This document shows, piece after piece, positions 35,348 to 39,388 of a stretch of 39,388 nt of DNA (its first letter is position 1; each line of letters opens with the position of its first letter). The position numbers were made by a program, and so were the translations under genes. Source of the stretch: Octopus bimaculoides (Eukaryota); the NCBI RefSeq assembly GCF_001194135.2, contig NC_068983.1, forward strand, positions 48,315,505 through 48,354,892, in the 5' to 3' direction. The notes beneath the pieces are model-generated. The model searched no databases and had not been told where the DNA came from. It saw nothing but the letters and a program-made list of their open reading frames with translations.

Positions 35348-36143
35348 GCACATGCACACACACGCGCGGCGCACACACACAACCCTCTAATACTTTATGC
35401 TCTTGCAATATATGTGAATTCCTATTCTTTTCTCTGCTTAATTATGATTTCTGCATTCGCACAACGTCGACCACAAGTTTTAGCTTAACATGATGCATAT
35501 AACAGACGTATACCTTTCATATTTTTCTCTCAGTGATCTCAACATTGATATGTTTAACGTCTAGAAAACACAGGTACATTTTAGTAAAATTGTATATAGC
35601 CCGACGCTGGTTTCCTGAAATTATATGTATGTTGTTTATGCCGCAGTTTAAATGTGTTTGCACAAAAACCAATTACTGATATTGCTTCTTTAGCGCCGTA
35701 GACTATGAAAGGTTCTACAAATCTACGTTCTAAAGAACAAAATGAAAGATTAATGTAATTAGAATATGGATAGTAGAGAGAATAGTGTAGGCATGAAGAT
35801 CTTTTTTCTTCAGCAACACAACCTAGATGATGTTATTAACATTTAAATATTTTACTACAAATGTGTTCCCGTTAAAAGACCTAAGATTGTTCGAACACAC
35901 CCATCGAGTAACCAACTCATATTTGTAATTTTCTTCAGAAAACCACAATTAGTAATGAAGCAGATTAAAGATTATACAAAATTGCATTTCCTTGTAAGAG
36001 AGAGAGACTGAGATAGAGTCAGAGAAATAGAATAACAGGAAGGGAGCCGGAGAAAGGCAGACAGAGACAGAGATCTTTCGAGATGTATATCGACTAAAAC
36101 CACCATTTAGATGTCAAATGATTGTTATATGAATTAATAACTT

Positions 36144-36220
36144 TACGGTAGCCCCTCGACTATCGCGTTCTTACATTCCAGCCCCCGCCCACGACAGAGG
36201 AAAAGCCGCGAAGTGGAAAC
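36144..36220 (+). mobile_element. pogo/Tigger-like terminal fragment
   Basis: TA|CGGTAGCCCCTCGACTATCGCG...TTACATTCCAGCCCCCGC...AAAGCCGCGAAGTGG resembles Tigger-type ends (from recall). No partner end found. Confidence 0.45.
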
Positions 36221-37573
36221 ATTATTCTTTTACTAGTTTCAACCATGCGGTCGTCGTCATGCTGCAGCACCACTTGTATATTTAAAAAAAAATTGTTTAT
36301 AATTTGTATATGTTTATTTTATTATAAATGCAAAACAACACCACGGTGGAATCGATGTAAGCTTAAATAACAAAACCTGATAGGTGAACTGCGATAAGAG
36401 AACCACGATATGGTGCAGGATTACCTAATGTTTAAAATATGTCTCATATATTCAGTGTCATACGGAATAGAAAATATGAACTCTTAGCAACTAATATGAT
36501 ATTGTCTTTGACAAATGCAGAACATAAAACCAGAAGTATCACTGTTTGGTTATTCAACAGAGTAATTTTATCATCTCAGAGTAATTATGTTTGCAGTTTA
36601 GAACATTTTGCCATTTTGCTACTAGTTGTCAATGTCAAAATTGTGAAAAATAAATTTAAGATATTATTTATGAATATTACGATTTATGTAATACATATAT
36701 GTTATATGAGTTCTATATTTCAGTAAATTTGGTAAATTATTTGAATGTGTTTTACTATGTTTTTTCTGGTTCTTCTGAATCATTACTGAATAAAAAAAAA
36801 ATAACAAAAACATGTGAAAACTAAATGCTAAATAAAATAATCTTTGAACATTTATTTAAATGATCATAGGTTCAGACAATTAGAAACCTACATTCTTCTG
36901 AAGATGTAATGATACGTTCACATAATTAATATTCGTTTGAAACTCAAATAGACATCCTTTCATCAAGTTAGCACGAAAGATCTCATATGATTATCACATT
37001 TCATTCTGAACTGCAAATTATACTGAAATTAATTATATTGCAAAAAGTTGGTAGCTAATGCAGGAAAGAGACGAAGATCGCAGTGTAAATTGTAAGCTAA
37101 CAGAGAATTGTTTGTGATTTCCACTTTCTACTTGTTTGCACACACACTCAACACACACACACACACAGACGCACGTACACACGCGCACACACACAAAACA
37201 CCCCCCACACAAATACACACACAGATGCACGTGCGCACAAAAATACACACGCATACATAATATACGTGTTTAAAAGTATATATTTATATATGTATATATG
37301 TATATACACATATATTATCATGCACACATACATATTAAAGAAAATGAATATTAGAAAGGACAACAGTTGACAAATGTGTTTTAACTTTTCGGACAGTGGC
37401 CTTTCATCTGAATAAATAGAGAAGCTTAGAGAGGCTGAGAAGGGGAAATAATCCGTGGAAAGAATGAATGACAGTTAAGAGGTTTTGGGGAATGATGTAT
37501 TATGATGGGTGGTTTCAGAAGAGAAGAGGGATGGAGAAGTAGATGCACGTATGAGTAATTATGTCTGTCGGGA

Positions 37574-37675
37574 AAGTACTAGGCTTACAAAGAATAAGTC
37601 CTGGGGTCGATTTACTCGACTAAAGGCGGTGCTCCAGCATGGCCGCAGTCAAATGACTGAAACAAGTAAAAAGAG
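37574..37675 (+). mobile_element. SINE family B 3' tail, 5'-truncated
   Basis: AAGTACTAGGCTTACAAAGAATAAGTCCTGGGGTCG...CAAATGACTGAAACAAGTAAAA. Confidence 0.88.
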
Positions 37676-37704
37676 AAAGAGAAAAATAATGTAGGCATTA
37701 TATT

Positions 37705-38133
37705 CTTTTTTACTCCAGGCACAAGGCCTGAAAACGTTTGGGGAGGGGGCCAGTCGATTAGATCGACCTCAGTACGTAACAGGTACTTAATTTATCGATC
37801 CCGAAAGGATGAAAGGCAAAGTCAACCTCGGCGTAAATTGAACTCAGAAGGTAATGACATGAAATACCGCTAAGCATTTCGTCCGGCGTGCTAACGTTTC
37901 TTATTTCGTTATTGCCCACAAGGGGCTAAACATAGAGGGGACAAACATGGACAGACAAAGGGATTAAGTCGATTACATCGACCCCAGTGCGTAACTGGTA
38001 CTTAATTTATCGACCCCGAAAGGATGAAAGGCAAAGTCGACCTCGGCGGAATTTGAACACAGAACGTTAAAACAGACGGAATACCGCTAAGGATTTCGCC
38101 CGGCGTGCTAACGTTTCTGCCAGCTCGCCGCCT
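37705..38133 (-). mobile_element. Composite SINE A+C flanked by an 18-bp TSD
   Basis: C part 37705-37900, A part 37901-38133. Flanks TAATGTAGGCATTATATT (37687-37704) and TAAAGTAGGCACTATATT (38134-38151). Confidence 0.85.
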
Positions 38134-39345
38134 TAAAGTAGGCACTATATTAATTTAGAAATGTTTAAGGTTTAAATTTTGAAGCATTAAACAAGCTTTA
38201 TCGCGAATCAAAATCATTTCCTACCAACCTAGGCTTCTTTTTCCGCTCTAATATTATGTGATGTTTATGACTTCCTATATTGTAACACCGACACGAATGA
38301 AATAAATTTGATCCAACCAGGAATCGAAATCACACATCTCGTTAAAGAATGAGAGGTTTTCAAAAAGATGCATCTGTTTCTGTTCCGTTTCCATGGTCAC
38401 TTAACTGAAGAGATCTGCCATCAGAGGCTGCTAACACAGTCAGAAGCACGATGATAGTAAGGTTATATATATGTTAACGTGAGTTATTTAGACATTAACA
38501 CATTTATTAGAATATTTAGCTGAAGATCAGAATAGAGTATTCTTTACTCTTAACTGTGAAACGATCGTACTAAATTAACTAAAGGCAGGTGGTTTTTTTA
38601 CTCTTCTCTACTGTTTTTTGTTCTGTGTGTATCAAAAATATCGCTATCAATCTGGAGTAATAATTTGTAGTTTTGAAATCAGTAGTTCTTTGACTGCTAT
38701 TTCTGAATTCTCAGTATGTTGGAGAAGCAGGTTACTGTCAATCCCTATATATTTATGATTATNNNNNNNNNNNNNNNNNNNNNNNNNNNNNNNNNNNNNN
38801 NNNNNNATATATATATATATATATATATACATACATAATATGTGTGGAGGTACATAAACATAAACACGCATCTCGATGATGGACCGAGAGAGAGCGATTA
38901 ACATGAAAATCAATTGTCTCCAAACAATGAAATTCCACGTATAACTCGCTTAAGGACAACAAGGCAATAAAATGATTCACGTATTTGTCCTGGCTCCAAA
39001 CACATACATCCACATGCACATTCTCACATACACAGTAATACTGGTATACTTACACCTTTAGACACACGCAGCTTAACTATGTCACGTGTGCATTTCATAA
39101 GACACATATAAATATTCTCGAAACTTCATAAATTTCCAACATAGGATTTAATACACAATGTACATAAGTTAATTTGCAACGGAAATCTAACAAGAAACCT
39201 AATTCTCATGAATTTAGATTTCAATTAAGGATACACAATTATGTTTTCGATTTGAAGGTATTCAATGCAAGATGAAGAAAGTGTAATATTTGAAGGATCT
39301 GATTATCAATTCTTGCACAAGCGCAAAAGTCGGAAATTGTATGAA

Positions 39346-39388
<43 letters not shown>

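Noticed and set aside
1-39388. CRISPR arrays, rRNA genes, prokaryotic operons
   Set aside because: None seen; the dispersed repeats are eukaryotic SINEs without repeat-spacer periodicity.

Overview
AT-rich, microsatellite-dense eukaryotic DNA with nine N gaps, almost entirely transposable-element debris. The tRNA-derived SINE families resemble those I recall from octopus genomes, so a coleoid cephalopod origin is inferred, not verified. No host gene is confidently identifiable; there are only three weak candidate exons, and most long ORFs in the track are microsatellite or N-gap artefacts. Recognisable elements: a full-length dead DD34D mariner, an internally deleted RTE LINE with three C-terminal C2H2 fingers, a one-ended piggyBac, a long-TIR Tc1/mariner derivative, CR1-type fragments, a Penelope-like (PLE) GIY-YIG fragment and about 15 SINE copies from four families (labelled A-D here). 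Two observations stand out. (1) A 183-bp near-perfect inverted repeat (13055-13463) carries a complete type-I hammerhead ribozyme motif in each arm, and a second, minimal hammerhead family lies at 17137-17173 with a decayed homologue at 14660-14692; three of these four units end in (TA)n. (2) A ~2-kb retroelement (27365-29397) encodes only a gag/ORF1-like protein with no visible reverse transcriptase, has a 14-bp target-site duplication, splits the tRNA-like head of a SINE and shares its 3' tail with SINE family A, whose own copies also sit inside SINE heads. This suggests an ORF1-only retroelement/SINE/LINE partnership that may favour Pol III heads.
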